The notes: generated from the sequence alone by a model not told the origin. A DNA stretch of 64,000 bases from a virus (IMGVR_UViG_3300045988_165036:64001-128000); one strand, 5' to 3'; shown: positions 27,129-37,802, counted from the stretch's first letter. Numbers and translations: made by a program.

Positions 27129-27412
27129 ATGAAAAAAGAATTATTAGAATTGTTGTTTCAGTCCTGCTTGTTATATCACTTTTCGTTTTCTGCGGATGTG
27201 CTTCTTGTGAAAGAAGCTTTAAAAGCTGCAATGCGGATATTTCCGGCGGTTTGCATCGTACGGTAAATGTTTATTCGTTAGATGGTAAACTATTGGCGAC
27301 ATACGATGGCAAAATTGATATCGACGATAATACAAACGGTTCTGTTATGTTCGATCTTGACGGGAAGCGTTATGTTTATTATCATGCAATTGTAGAAGTT
27401 ATAGAGAAATAG
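27129..27412 (+). CDS. secreted or lipoprotein-like protein requiring a -1 shift in an A6 run after the ATG
   Basis: AGAGGA RBS, ATG 27129, AAAAAA 27132-27137; the long frame reads RIIRIVVSVLLVISLFVFCGCASC... Confidence 0.5.
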
Positions 27413-27448
27413 TTTGAAAGTTATCAACAAACAAAAGGTGAAAACAAA

Positions 27449-27817
27449 ATGATTACCAAAGAACAAATTGAAAAGATTATCGAGGAGAGATATTCTGATT
27501 ATCCAAAGCTTCTTGAAACAACAATTCAAAAGATGGATACGAAATTTAAAACAAGAGCGGCTCTTTACGGTGAAAGAAAGATTGAATATACTATCAACAA
27601 TCCAGGCCCGGTCGTAGACCGTCTTTGCGGAGACCTCGCAAATTATTATACTATGCTTGGGTTTTTCGGAGGTATTGATGTGAACGAAGCCGGAAATATC
27701 GTTGTTACACTGTCCATAGATCCTCCTGCAGAATCGGTTTCAACAGGTTCCGCAGATGCACCTCTGGTGCCAGCTGATACAGACGCTCCCGCAGAAATCC
27801 TGGAAGAAAATAAGTAA
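27449..27817 (+). CDS. hypothetical protein
   Basis: ORF with RBS AAAGGTG. Confidence 0.6.
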   Translation: MITKEQIEKIIEERYSDYPKLLETTIQKMDTKFKTRAALYGERKIEYTINNPGPVVDRLCGDLANYYTMLGFFGGIDVNEAGNIVVTLSIDPPAESVSTGSADAPLVPADTDAPAEILEENK

Positions 27818-27844
27818 AGCCATAAAGAAATTTACTAAAACCCC

Positions 27845-27873
27845 TTGACAACCAAGGTGTCTTGTGATATAAT
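27845..27873 (+). promoter_or_regulatory. consensus promoter
   Basis: TTGACA-N17-TATAAT. Confidence 0.7.
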
Positions 27874-27920
27874 AATATCAGAAGGAAGAGTCCTTCAAAA
27901 TATTTTTGAGAGGAAAAATT

Positions 27921-28133
27921 ATGAGAAAGTTCTTTCAGAAGGTTTCCAAATTTACAAAGAGGTTTTGTCTGCCGATTTCGACAATTGCTATCGCAATCGT
28001 TGGTGGAATTTGCGGCTTCTTCTTCGACTCCGCTCTATTCGGGATTAATCCTGTATTTGCGGCATCGACCGAAGCGCTTCTTCTGGCAATGATTTACGTT
28101 GCACTGGAGACAAAAGGACAGAAACTCAATTAA
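27921..28133 (+). CDS. small membrane protein
   Basis: GAGAGG RBS, ATG 27921; two hydrophobic helices. Confidence 0.55.
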   Translation: MRKFFQKVSKFTKRFCLPISTIAIAIVGGICGFFFDSALFGINPVFAASTEALLLAMIYVALETKGQKLN

Positions 28134-28153
28134 TCTTAAAGGAAGGTGACTTA

Positions 28154-28792
28154 TTGTTGGAAAATTTAGGTATTGTTATTCCCAAAAATGTGGAGAATCT
28201 TCAGCTCCCCGACCCCGATCTTCTTCATCAGTATGAAGATGAGGAAGCGAGAAGAATTTATCTTGAGGGGACAATTGGTACTGAAGACGATCCAATGAAC
28301 GACAACTCGATTGGAATTGTTAAAAGAATTCTACGGTATAATCGAGAGGATGGGGGACTTTCTATTGAGGAAAGAAAGCCGATTATGCTTTATATCGACA
28401 GTCCCGGAGGTGATGTAACAGGCGCCCTCGTGTTGTGTCACATCATTATGATGTCGAAAACACCGATTTATACTGTAAATATGTGTGCGTGTTTCAGTGC
28501 TTCGGGAGTCATTCTTGCCTGTGGGCACAAGAGATATGCGCTAAAGGGCTCATCTGTTCTGATTCACAGTGGTTCAACATACCTTGGCGGAACACGTGAA
28601 CAGGCAGACTCGGCAAAGAAGTTCGTTGATAAATCAGATAAGAAGTTCAATGACATTCTCTTCAAAAAGACAAAGATTGACCAGAAGACCTATCGCTCGA
28701 AAGCTCCGAAAGATTGGTTTCTCGATGATGAGGAATGTCTGAAGTACGGCGTTATTGACGAAATCGTCGAAGACATTGATTCAATTCTCTAA
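28154..28792 (+). CDS. clpP: ClpP/S14-like serine protease
   Basis: YIDSPGGDV; FSASGVIL; ALKGSSVLIHSGS. Confidence 0.65.
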   Translation: MLENLGIVIPKNVENLQLPDPDLLHQYEDEEARRIYLEGTIGTEDDPMNDNSIGIVKRILRYNREDGGLSIEERKPIMLYIDSPGGDVTGALVLCHIIMMSKTPIYTVNMCACFSASGVILACGHKRYALKGSSVLIHSGSTYLGGTREQADSAKKFVDKSDKKFNDILFKKTKIDQKTYRSKAPKDWFLDDEECLKYGVIDEIVEDIDSIL

Positions 28793-28839
28793 TCTTTTAT
28801 TCAAAATAACCAAAAAATAACCCTAAACCGCAAGGTTGA

Positions 28840-28880
28840 GGAGGACAGACTTTTCAAACAATCTGCTCGTCCTCCGTTTT
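28840..28880 (+). terminator. hairpin plus T-run
   Basis: GGAGGAC...GTCCTCC followed by GTTTT. Confidence 0.4.
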
Positions 28881-28893
28881 GGAAAGGATCTAT

Positions 28894-30324
28894 ATGAGCA
28901 AAAAGTCTAAAAGTAAAATTAACATAAAATTCTGCGGCGGAAACTCTTGGGATGTAACCGGTTCAATGATATATATCGAAACCCCAAATCGGAAAATTCT
29001 TCTGGAATGTGGCTTATGGCAATCGACCGGAAGCACTCTCGAGAATTGGAAAATTAATTCGAGAAGGTTTGATTTTAAGCCAAATAAACTTGATTATGTG
29101 TTTTCCTGTGATAGACACGTAGATCACACCGGACTAATCCCACAACTGTACGCCTCTGGGGCAACCTGCCCGATTATCGCTCCTCGCGGTTCTAAACCAA
29201 TCGCAGAAATCTTGATGAGAGATAGCGCAAGGATTATCGCAGGAGATGCCGCTTCGCTTTCAGATAAGCTTGGACGAGAGTATGTTCCATTCTATCTTGA
29301 TTCCGATGTTGACACGGCACTCGGATATTGGACGGAGTATCATGATGAAATCGTTACGCTGGACGAATTCGTAAAATTCAGATTTGTTCCATCCGGACAC
29401 ATTCCGTTTGCAAGACAGCTTGAATTGTGGATTACGGAAGGAAATGTGACAAAGAAAATCGTCTATACTTCCGACCTCGGAAATATTCATTTGCCAAAAC
29501 CTTATACGGAACCGTTCAAGTCAGTTTTTGGACAAAGAGCAGACATTGTTATTGCCGAATCGACATATGCGCACGAAGAAAAAATCGCCAATAAAAAGAT
29601 GCGCAAAAAAGACCTTGAAAAACTTCGGATGGTTGTTGAGCAGACCTGTGTAGAACAACAAAGGAGGATTCTGATTCCGAGTTTTGCACTGGCAAGGACC
29701 CAGGAAATCTTAACTGTTTTATACGACCTGTTTTCAAAAAAAGATTTCGACATTCCGGTGTATATCGACTCTCCGATGGGGCAGAACATTAGCCGTGCAT
29801 ACTGTGATGTTCTAGAAGGGGAAGCTGCAGAAGAGTGGCGAGAGGTTCTTGCTTGGAAAAATATTCATTTTGTTGGAGATTATATCGAAAGCAGGGAACT
29901 TCGCGATTCCGGGAAACCATGTATTGTAATTGCTTCTTCCGGGTTTATGGTCGCCGGACGCTCCGTTGCTTGGTGTGCAAGCCTTCTTCCGAATACGGAC
30001 GACAGAATCGTTACGATTGGTTATGCTCCTCCGGGTTCAATGGCATATACGATCAAGCAAGGTGAGCAGAAAACGATTTCAATCTCCGGAAAGAGATACA
30101 CAAACCGTTGTCAAATTACAAATCTTGGAAGTTTTTCCTCACACATTCAAAGAGACAGTATTGTTAAAGAATATGGGAAGATAAACGCCGAAAAGTTGTT
30201 TCTTGTTCACGGAGATATGGAGGGAAGAGTCTCGATAAAACCAGAGATTGAAAAGGAACTCTCAAATAACAACCTGTCAACAAAGGTTGTTATTGTGCAA
30301 AAAAATATGATTGTAAGCATATAG
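28894..30324 (+). CDS. MBL-fold beta-CASP nuclease (RNase J/CPSF-like)
   Basis: CDRHVDHTG (HxHxDH-like), ...FLVHGD C-terminal motif. Confidence 0.6.
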   Translation: MSKKSKSKINIKFCGGNSWDVTGSMIYIETPNRKILLECGLWQSTGSTLENWKINSRRFDFKPNKLDYVFSCDRHVDHTGLIPQLYASGATCPIIAPRGSKPIAEILMRDSARIIAGDAASLSDKLGREYVPFYLDSDVDTALGYWTEYHDEIVTLDEFVKFRFVPSGHIPFARQLELWITEGNVTKKIVYTSDLGNIHLPKPYTEPFKSVFGQRADIVIAESTYAHEEKIANKKMRKKDLEKLRMVVEQTCVEQQRRILIPSFALARTQEILTVLYDLFSKKDFDIPVYIDSPMGQNISRAYCDVLEGEAAEEWREVLAWKNIHFVGDYIESRELRDSGKPCIVIASSGFMVAGRSVAWCASLLPNTDDRIVTIGYAPPGSMAYTIKQGEQKTISISGKRYTNRCQITNLGSFSSHIQRDSIVKEYGKINAEKLFLVHGDMEGRVSIKPEIEKELSNNNLSTKVVIVQKNMIVSI

Positions 30325-30331
30325 GTTATTT

Positions 30332-30739
30332 TTGTATGGAATTGAGGTGATGTTTTTGAATGTTCTCGCAACAAAGGTAAAATTGACCAACCATGCACGG
30401 CAACGCATTTATGAGCGGTTTGGAAACCTCTCCGATCGCGAGATTTCAGACCTTGTAAGAAATGCAAGACTAAAAGGGCACACGATAGCAACGATGGATC
30501 AAGACCATTACGAATATGGGCTATACAAGCGTATCTTTCGGCGCGAGAGTGGGTCTCGTATGGTCCGATTATACAAGGACGCATACTTCGTTTTTGTTAG
30601 CGGTAACAAGACTGCTGGGTGTAAACTGTTGGTGACGGTGATTTTGTATGATCTGGACTGGCGAGATAAAAGAGAAGCCTCTTTCCGGAAAGGAGAAGAA
30701 AGGGTTGAGAAAGATGACGATGACAAATCTAACCAATAA
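30332..30739 (+). CDS. hypothetical protein (start uncertain)
   Basis: ORF. Confidence 0.5.
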   Translation: MYGIEVMFLNVLATKVKLTNHARQRIYERFGNLSDREISDLVRNARLKGHTIATMDQDHYEYGLYKRIFRRESGSRMVRLYKDAYFVFVSGNKTAGCKLLVTVILYDLDWRDKREASFRKGEERVEKDDDDKSNQ

Positions 30740-31109
30740 CCCTCAATCGGTATTGCCGGACAAAGTAATTCTGGACGTACCAACTTTGAAAACCGGAGAG
30801 GAATATTGGTATATTATGACCAATGATTTCGAGAGTTGTGTCATCGGTTACGGAAAGCTGGTCAATCAAATCAATCGTATTAAGAGTCTGATTACGACAA
30901 GAAGCGCCTACGATTCGCAATTTGAAAAAATCTTAGTTTTTGAAAACCAGTTCGAAAAAGTATACGTATATTCTATAAGTAGAGTATTTTCAGAACTCGA
31001 AACTTTAGTAAAAACTGTTCGTGGAACATATCGAACCATTAGTTTTTCTGTTTCTGCGGTCGTTAAAGTACAAGAGATGGGAACGGATATAGTTAGACTT
31101 TTCAATTAA
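30712..31109 (+). CDS. hypothetical protein
   Basis: ATG 30712 within ORF 30648..31109. Confidence 0.5.
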
Positions 31110-31178
31110 AACTACGTCAATGGAGAGGAAATTGCAAATTCATCCGCAATCCTAAAATTAAATATTGATTAAAAAACT

Positions 31179-31210
31179 AAAAAAGATCCGATTTTTCAGA
31201 TCTTTTTTTA
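31179..31210 (+). terminator. rho-independent terminator
   Basis: AAAAAGATC-loop-GATCTTTTTTT. Confidence 0.7.
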
Positions 31211-31217
31211 AAAGGGC

Positions 31218-31246
31218 TTGACAAACGAATGGAAATATAGTATAAT
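31218..31246 (+). promoter_or_regulatory. consensus promoter
   Basis: TTGACA-N17-TATAAT. Confidence 0.7.
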
Positions 31247-31275
31247 AGGATCAGAAAAGGAAGGGGCTGAAAACT

Positions 31276-32562
31276 ATGATTACCAAAACTTATATGATTC
31301 CAGAAGAGAATGTCGAAAATTTGGAGAAGAAGTTCAACGCTGCGGCTCGCAAGATTCGCAAGATCAATCCTGAACTCGAACCAACAATGGCAAAAAGCAA
31401 TCATACAATTATTCTCATACGCAAAATTGAGTTTCATACTTGCGACTGCCGCTCCGAGACGGCTGTTAAAGAAGTTCCTTATGAAGCCCGCAGAATTGAG
31501 CTGAAAATCCCGGACGAGGCTGTCTTTGTAGAAAACAATTGGGCGTTCGGCGGTTCCGTAGAACCCAGTGGAGTGGAGGGGAAAAACTTCGTTAATGTTA
31601 ATTTATCTGGCAAGAATCTAGGATTTGTTGTTCCGTCAAAATATTTCACATCCGATTCTTGCACTTGCGACTACTGCAAGACAAACCGCAAGCGCAATAA
31701 AACCTATCTCGTTGTCAATCAGGAAACAGGTGAGTGGAAACAGCTCGGCAAAGAGTGTTTGAAGCTCTTCGTAACCGGAATCGATGTCGACGCAATCGCG
31801 ACCTTCGAGTCTTTCATCAAAGAAGCGGAAGATATGACGAATCCGTCTGATGGGTTCTTTTATGAAAGAAGGTTCAGATTTGTGAAGGTTACAGATGCTC
31901 TTGCTTTCGCGTGTGCGGTTTACCGCGAAAGAGGCTATCTTGCGACGAGAGATTTCGATGGTAATTCCAACGATCTTTGTAACAAGAATATTGTTCAAAG
32001 AAAACTGTCGAGGCTGTATGGATATGATAGCGACTTTCTGAACATCACCAGTTCTGTTCGTTGTAAAATTGATGAGATTAACCTTAAAATCGATTCTGCA
32101 ATTGCGAGAGAAGATGTAGAAGTTTCTGTCGAGATGGTCAGCCGCCTTCCCGATGATGCTTACTATAACAACCTCAAAGTGATCGTTTCCAACGAATATA
32201 TTCCTCTTAACAAGTTCGGCCTTCTCGTTTCGATTCCGAAGGCAATTGACAGATACGAAGAAGAAAAGAAGAGACGAGAAGAAAAAGAGAGACTTGCCGC
32301 AGAGTCCAATTATCTCGGCAAGGTCGGAGAGAAGATTTCGGTGAATTTCGTCTCCGGTCGCGAGGTCGCCTGTTGCGAAACACAGTTCGGACTTCTTCAC
32401 ATTTATGAGTTCAAGGATGCGAACGGGAACGCAGTCGTTTGGAAGAGCAGTTCGAGTAAAGATATTCCCGGAAGTGGTACAGTAACTGGAACAGTAAAGG
32501 CGCACGAGGAATACAACGGAATTAAACAAACGATTATTTTGAGAGCTAAAATTGCAGCATAA
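31276..32562 (+). CDS. hypothetical protein (428 aa)
   Basis: ORF with RBS; CTCDYC cluster. Confidence 0.65.
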   Translation: MITKTYMIPEENVENLEKKFNAAARKIRKINPELEPTMAKSNHTIILIRKIEFHTCDCRSETAVKEVPYEARRIELKIPDEAVFVENNWAFGGSVEPSGVEGKNFVNVNLSGKNLGFVVPSKYFTSDSCTCDYCKTNRKRNKTYLVVNQETGEWKQLGKECLKLFVTGIDVDAIATFESFIKEAEDMTNPSDGFFYERRFRFVKVTDALAFACAVYRERGYLATRDFDGNSNDLCNKNIVQRKLSRLYGYDSDFLNITSSVRCKIDEINLKIDSAIAREDVEVSVEMVSRLPDDAYYNNLKVIVSNEYIPLNKFGLLVSIPKAIDRYEEEKKRREEKERLAAESNYLGKVGEKISVNFVSGREVACCETQFGLLHIYEFKDANGNAVVWKSSSSKDIPGSGTVTGTVKAHEEYNGIKQTIILRAKIAA

Positions 32563-32577
32563 AAGGAGAAAGGTATT

Positions 32578-32865
32578 ATGAAAAGTAAAAGAATCAGAGT
32601 TGGAGATTTGGTAAGTTATAATAAAATAACCAATTTCGGGCCAGGGAGGGTTGTAAAAATTATACAAATGAGAACAGATATTAATAATTTTAAATATCCG
32701 GTTGCTTCATTCTACGGGGTGGAGCTTCCGGAGCCATTCGCAGATGGGTGCTCTTGCGAATATAGCGGTAAATGTGGAGATTTAGTTTTAGGGATGAGCG
32801 GGCGTGAGGATGGATGTGTTTGGGCGTTATTTGAAGAACTGGAATTATTAAAAAATAAAGAATGA
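32578..32865 (+). CDS. hypothetical protein
   Basis: AAAGGAG RBS. Confidence 0.6.
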   Translation: MKSKRIRVGDLVSYNKITNFGPGRVVKIIQMRTDINNFKYPVASFYGVELPEPFADGCSCEYSGKCGDLVLGMSGREDGCVWALFEELELLKNKE

Positions 32866-32885
32866 TTAGAAAGGAAAATATAAAA

Positions 32886-33794
32886 ATGGGAATTATCATT
32901 GACGGAAAGGCAATTGCCGAGAAAGACAACGAAATTACGGCGGCTAGAATTCAGAACCTTATCAAAAACGGACACGCAAGACCGAAGCTCGTTGTGATTC
33001 AGGTGGGGAACGATCCGGCTTCTTCGACATATGTTCGCAACAAGAAAATCGCCTGCGAGAAAGTGGGAATTTTGTGCGAAGATATTCACATTGATGAAGA
33101 GAGAAATCCTGGTCTTACAGAAATGAGAATCGTTGGAGAAATCCAGAAAGCGAACAGAGATGACAACGTTAACGGAATTTTGGTTCAGCTTCCGCTTCCG
33201 AAGGGGGTTAATGAAGAGACCGTACCCTTTGGGTTCATTCCTTGTACACCGGCAGGAATCATTCATATGCTGGATTCAATCTCTGTTCCTCACGACATCA
33301 ACTTCGCAGGAAAGAACGCGGTTGTCATTGGGCGGTCTAACATTGTTGGAAAGCCGGTTTCAATTCTGCTTCAAAGAATGAATATGAATGTTACAATGCT
33401 TCATTCAAAGACTTCCGATGAAGATAAAAAATTTTATTGCCGTCACGCAGACGTAATTGTTGTGGCAACCGGGCACGAAAATACACTCACAGACAGACAT
33501 TTTTACGGAGACAAGAAGCCGATTATTATTGATGTCGGCATTCATCGCGGAGAAGATGGAAAGCTCCACGGAGACGTTTCAGAAGAAGTAAAAGCGAAGT
33601 ATTCAAGTTATTACAGTCCCGTTCCCGGGGGCGTTGGTCCTCTCACAGTATCAATGCTTCTGAGAAATGTCGCTATCGCGGCAGAAAGAAGCTATCTAAT
33701 TTTCAATGACAACCCTCCCCCGATTGTCAGAATTCCCAATGAGACGATCAGGACGTTGATTCCTGTAAAGCAGATTATTTGTAAAGATATCTGA
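32886..33794 (+). CDS. folD: bifunctional methylene-THF dehydrogenase/cyclohydrolase FolD
   Basis: IIDGKAIA; VIQVGNDPASSTYVRNK; GILVQLPLP; PGGVGPLTVSMLL. Confidence 0.85.
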   Translation: MGIIIDGKAIAEKDNEITAARIQNLIKNGHARPKLVVIQVGNDPASSTYVRNKKIACEKVGILCEDIHIDEERNPGLTEMRIVGEIQKANRDDNVNGILVQLPLPKGVNEETVPFGFIPCTPAGIIHMLDSISVPHDINFAGKNAVVIGRSNIVGKPVSILLQRMNMNVTMLHSKTSDEDKKFYCRHADVIVVATGHENTLTDRHFYGDKKPIIIDVGIHRGEDGKLHGDVSEEVKAKYSSYYSPVPGGVGPLTVSMLLRNVAIAAERSYLIFNDNPPPIVRIPNETIRTLIPVKQIICKDI

Positions 33795-33807
33795 AGGAGA
33801 CAAAACA

Positions 33808-34335
33808 ATGGAAGAAAATGTAAACAGTAATGTTATATCGTCCAAACCTACAGGACTTCTGAAAGAAATCATTAGTGAGATGGACTGTCGTGACAAAGTT
33901 CGCAAATATCTTGATTCGATGGAAATTCCAGATCGGTTCTTCGCCTGTATGTTCGGAGAGCTCGTAAAGATTTTCGGCACAGCGCTTTTCGAACCAAATC
34001 CATATTATTATGATTCAGAAGAACGGGAGAAGTTCGTAGAAGGCGGAGCTGCCAACAACAAACTGCCTTATCCAAAGGATTATTCATATCGCGCTCAAAT
34101 AGATACCGAGCTCACATACGAGGGAGGAACGGGCGGATGGTATAACGCTTTTAAAACAACCTGCTGGATTCTCGATATGGAATGGTTGCTCAGAGCTTAC
34201 GAACAATTGAGTTGGATGAATTCCGATTATTTCGATGAATGGGTCGGAGACAAAATTATTGAATATCTGTTCGAAAAAGACAATTACTGTGAAAGAGATT
34301 ACGAAATCTTTCTCAAAGGGAAAGGAGTTATTTGA
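33808..34335 (+). CDS. hypothetical protein
   Basis: GAAGGAG RBS. Confidence 0.6.
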   Translation: MEENVNSNVISSKPTGLLKEIISEMDCRDKVRKYLDSMEIPDRFFACMFGELVKIFGTALFEPNPYYYDSEEREKFVEGGAANNKLPYPKDYSYRAQIDTELTYEGGTGGWYNAFKTTCWILDMEWLLRAYEQLSWMNSDYFDEWVGDKIIEYLFEKDNYCERDYEIFLKGKGVI

Positions 34336-35099
34336 TGGAAAAGAAAAAGAATAAAGACAAAATCAGTTTCCGAGTAACTTCTGAATTTCTGAAAGCATAC
34401 GACATTACCCTTGAAAAGGCAGCAAACTCTTTATATTACGAAAGCGACTTTCGCTGTCAATCATTTTATCCAATCGAGCATTCATTACCCTGTAACGACT
34501 GTCCTTTTCAACATTTGTCGGATTATTGTACCGATCCGTTTATTGAAGACGGAGCTGGCTATAAGCGTACCTTCGAGCAATGGCAAGATTGGTTTTATAA
34601 ACTTACTGGAATTAAAGATAACCGATTAAAGGAGGCTTTTATGAAAAAGGACGAAGAAGCAAAACAACCCAAGCAAGAAGCTCAAATCAACGCAGACAAC
34701 ACCGAAAAGGTTTCTTATCAAACCGCAAAAGAAATTGCTGGAAATTATACCCTTGGAAATATCGCAGATGTAGCACAAAATAATTTCAATCTATTCACCA
34801 AAGAATTGGAAGAGAAAGCAAACGCCAAATACGAAGTCGAATATACTACTCTCGACTCCGATGGGCCCAAAACACAATATGTCCGAAAGGTCAGTGATCT
34901 CCTTTCTCTTATCAAAGAGTGGAACAAAGAGGCAATTAAATGGAACTTGATCGCCAATGGAAATATCTCCAAAATCCCGACTAATTTCAAAGATATCTAT
35001 ATCAAAGTCTACGACCCCGAAGAAGGCGTTGCCCTCTTCCAAGACGAATACACTCTCAAATCCAAAAGACTCAAGCTTGCTTGGACAAGAGACGACTAA
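34335..35099 (+). CDS. hypothetical protein
   Basis: AAGGAG RBS, ATG 34335. Confidence 0.6.
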   Translation: MEKKKNKDKISFRVTSEFLKAYDITLEKAANSLYYESDFRCQSFYPIEHSLPCNDCPFQHLSDYCTDPFIEDGAGYKRTFEQWQDWFYKLTGIKDNRLKEAFMKKDEEAKQPKQEAQINADNTEKVSYQTAKEIAGNYTLGNIADVAQNNFNLFTKELEEKANAKYEVEYTTLDSDGPKTQYVRKVSDLLSLIKEWNKEAIKWNLIANGNISKIPTNFKDIYIKVYDPEEGVALFQDEYTLKSKRLKLAWTRDD

Positions 35100-35319
35100 C
35101 CCCTTTTCGGCCAATTAAACACCAATAATCACAGGGCATCTTCGGGTGCCCTCTTCTCATATTACCCCATCCAATATTATCCTCCGGTCTTATATTTATC
35201 TGTCTCCATAGCCCTCAAAATCGATTCTATTGCCCATCCAATACCACAATTTTTATATCCACCAATTCGTACCATTATTCCCTTATCCTCCCTCCATTTT
35301 CCACCATTTCTCCCCACTT

Positions 35320-35718
35320 TTATCCATCCACCTCTTCCATTGTGGAAAATGTGGAAAACCCTGTGGAAAACTTACTCAAAATACTCAATCACATTCAAAT
35401 ACTGTTTAATTATTGCTTAAATATCCAAGAAATACCCAGAAAACCCTCTCTAGACATCCTTTGTACACAAATCATCATACGATTGGGTGATCTTATTATG
35501 GGTTTTATTATAGTTTATAGTCAGAAGACCGTTGGATAGATTACTTTCAAGGATCATATATATCTGGGGAACCAAGTTTCCCCAAACCCCTTCCTTTTGC
35601 CCGAAAAGACTCCGTCTTTTCTCCTCGTCCCCTCACTTCGTTCGGGTCGCCGTCAAACCGTTTTTCATTTATCGAACCTTACGGTTCTCAAATGAAGAAA
35701 CCGTAAACGTGTGGATAA
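35320..35718. promoter_or_regulatory. DnaA-box cluster, candidate replication origin
   Basis: TGTGGAAAA x3 (35341, 35350, 35362; 8/9 match to TGTGGATAA), perfect TGTGGATAA 35710-35718, TTATCCAtc 35320. Confidence 0.5.
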
Positions 35719-35792
35719 TTTGTTTTTAAAGGAAAAGGAAAGGGCGATGTATTTGTTATTGTAAATGTTTTGTTAATTATAGATTGAAGGGA

Positions 35793-35821
35793 TTGACAGG
35801 AAGTGGAAAGTATGATATAAT
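35793..35821 (+). promoter_or_regulatory. consensus promoter (extended -10)
   Basis: TTGACA-N17-TGA-TATAAT. Confidence 0.65.
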
Positions 35822-36296
35822 AGAGGTGAGTAGGGAAGAATGAGAGAATAGAAAACTGGTACAACCAGCGTATTAAAGTAAGAAGGTTTATATAATACGC
35901 TAAGTGGACCACTTTTTGAAATTAAGATTTGGTTAAAATTTATTGATTAATAAGATCGGTTTAATGCGTTGGTTAGAAGTGTATGTTTAAAGATTGTGTG
36001 TGTGAGTGTGTTGTAAATTATGTTGAAAACTCAGCATATTGGTTATCAGTATATTGGTTAAGTGAGTGAATTAAGTAAATTTATAAATTAGTCTATGGAG
36101 ATTATATGAGGTTTGTGTAAGTTTGTAAGTTTTGATATGATCTTTTCTTTCAAAATGAAAGTAAAAAAATAAAAAGATCTTGATAACATGTGGTCATGTT
36201 TTATCTAATAATATTTAACATAATATCAACATTTAAATGTTATTTGAATGTTAACTATATAATACTAAATATAAAACTAAACAAGGAGGAACTTTA

Positions 36297-37802
36297 ATGA
36301 AATTATTAAACGATACTAAAAATAATGCCGATACTAGTAATACTGAAGATTTAGAAAGTTTGCTGAATGATTTTGATCGAACTCTAAATCCAAATGCAGA
36401 TCATGCAGATCATAACAACATGCGATCAAACGATGTGCGGTTAGAAGACAAGAAACACAAAAACCCAAATTGGAGAAAAGAGAACGAGAATCTTTCGTGT
36501 TACGCTCTGTCAAGATATTCCAATGAACCGGAAGATGATTTTGATTATTTCGATCTGAATGCTTCATTGAAACAAATTCAAAAAAATATCATTATATCAA
36601 AAAAGGCTGAAAGTTTAGATATTGATTTATCAAAATTGGAAACTAATCACTTGTATAAAAACTGGAAAGAAGTTTGTGCGGATTTAAAAATTTCTTATAA
36701 TGGCAACGGTCGGAATACCATAGAACAAAAGAAAATTGTTTTGGAAAATACAAAATATGAAAAGTGTGGAAATTCATATATATTTTATGAAATCAATCCG
36801 AATTATAAAAACGAGTTTTCTAAAAATAATGAAGTTACAAGGGTCAATTGCGTGGAAGCCATATTATCAAATGTTTTTTCGTCCGCGAATAATCAGCCAA
36901 TTGCCTTGACAGCAAAATGTTGGTTTGAACTTCTTGGGCTAGTTGATGAAAATTATTCTCCGTATAATAAAGAAAATAAAAAACGGTTAATGGCAACCGT
37001 AGAAAAAGATATACAAGAATATGAAATGACGATTGAGGATGGTTCTCCGATTATCAGCTCCGCTGTTAAAACATCAACCGATTTCTTTTATACTAATACA
37101 CAGGCTCGATTCAAAGAAGCATTATTCAATGCCTTTGATTCTCTCCAAAAAAGAGGGGCAATTATAGTTGATACTGTTGTCGGAGGTTTCCCATTAACTA
37201 AAGAACAAGTGGAAACAATAAAGGGAGCGGTTGAAAAAGATCCAGATGTTTCAATATATGATTTGAATATAAGGCTAAAAAGACAGATGATGTCGCTCGG
37301 AAGTTTAAATACGAAATATCTTGAATGCGAAGAAGAGACATTAAAGGATTTAAAAATGAATCGAACGGATTTGAAAATATTACGCAAGAATCCGGGTTTA
37401 GCTAAAAAATATTATGGAAGACTTGGAATTAAAACTGCTCTAAAAATTGGGATGATTTATATATCCAGATTTTTCATAGTTTATCCATATTCTGATAACT
37501 GTAAAAAAGTATTCAAGACCCAATCGCAAGACAAAGATGTTCGAGCTTATGTTAAATATTTAATGCAGAGAGGAATTTTTGAATCGGCTAAAAACAAGAT
37601 GCTGAAAGCAGACGGAAAAGGCGATTTCGGAACAGATAAATTTCTTGTTGCTAATTCGTATTTAATTGAAAAATTAATTAAAGAAAATAGAGAAAATTCA
37701 GAAGAAATGGTGAAATTTGGTATGATAAATGCTCAAAGGTTCGAAAAAAATATTTCGGATGTTTTGTATACAGATGATGTAAACGATGGAGGAGAAGAAT
37801 GA
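36297..37802 (+). CDS. hypothetical protein (501 aa, very AT-rich)
   Basis: AAGGAGG RBS; shares a domain with the N-terminus of 37799..38608. Confidence 0.6.
   Translation: MKLLNDTKNNADTSNTEDLESLLNDFDRTLNPNADHADHNNMRSNDVRLEDKKHKNPNWRKENENLSCYALSRYSNEPEDDFDYFDLNASLKQIQKNIIISKKAESLDIDLSKLETNHLYKNWKEVCADLKISYNGNGRNTIEQKKIVLENTKYEKCGNSYIFYEINPNYKNEFSKNNEVTRVNCVEAILSNVFSSANNQPIALTAKCWFELLGLVDENYSPYNKENKKRLMATVEKDIQEYEMTIEDGSPIISSAVKTSTDFFYTNTQARFKEALFNAFDSLQKRGAIIVDTVVGGFPLTKEQVETIKGAVEKDPDVSIYDLNIRLKRQMMSLGSLNTKYLECEEETLKDLKMNRTDLKILRKNPGLAKKYYGRLGIKTALKIGMIYISRFFIVYPYSDNCKKVFKTQSQDKDVRAYVKYLMQRGIFESAKNKMLKADGKGDFGTDKFLVANSYLIEKLIKENRENSEEMVKFGMINAQRFEKNISDVLYTDDVNDGGEE

Noticed and set aside
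31636-32667. A 343-aa - strand ORF
   Set aside because: It is entirely antisense to the RBS-led + strand gene 31276..32562 in a + strand operon. It is a shadow ORF.
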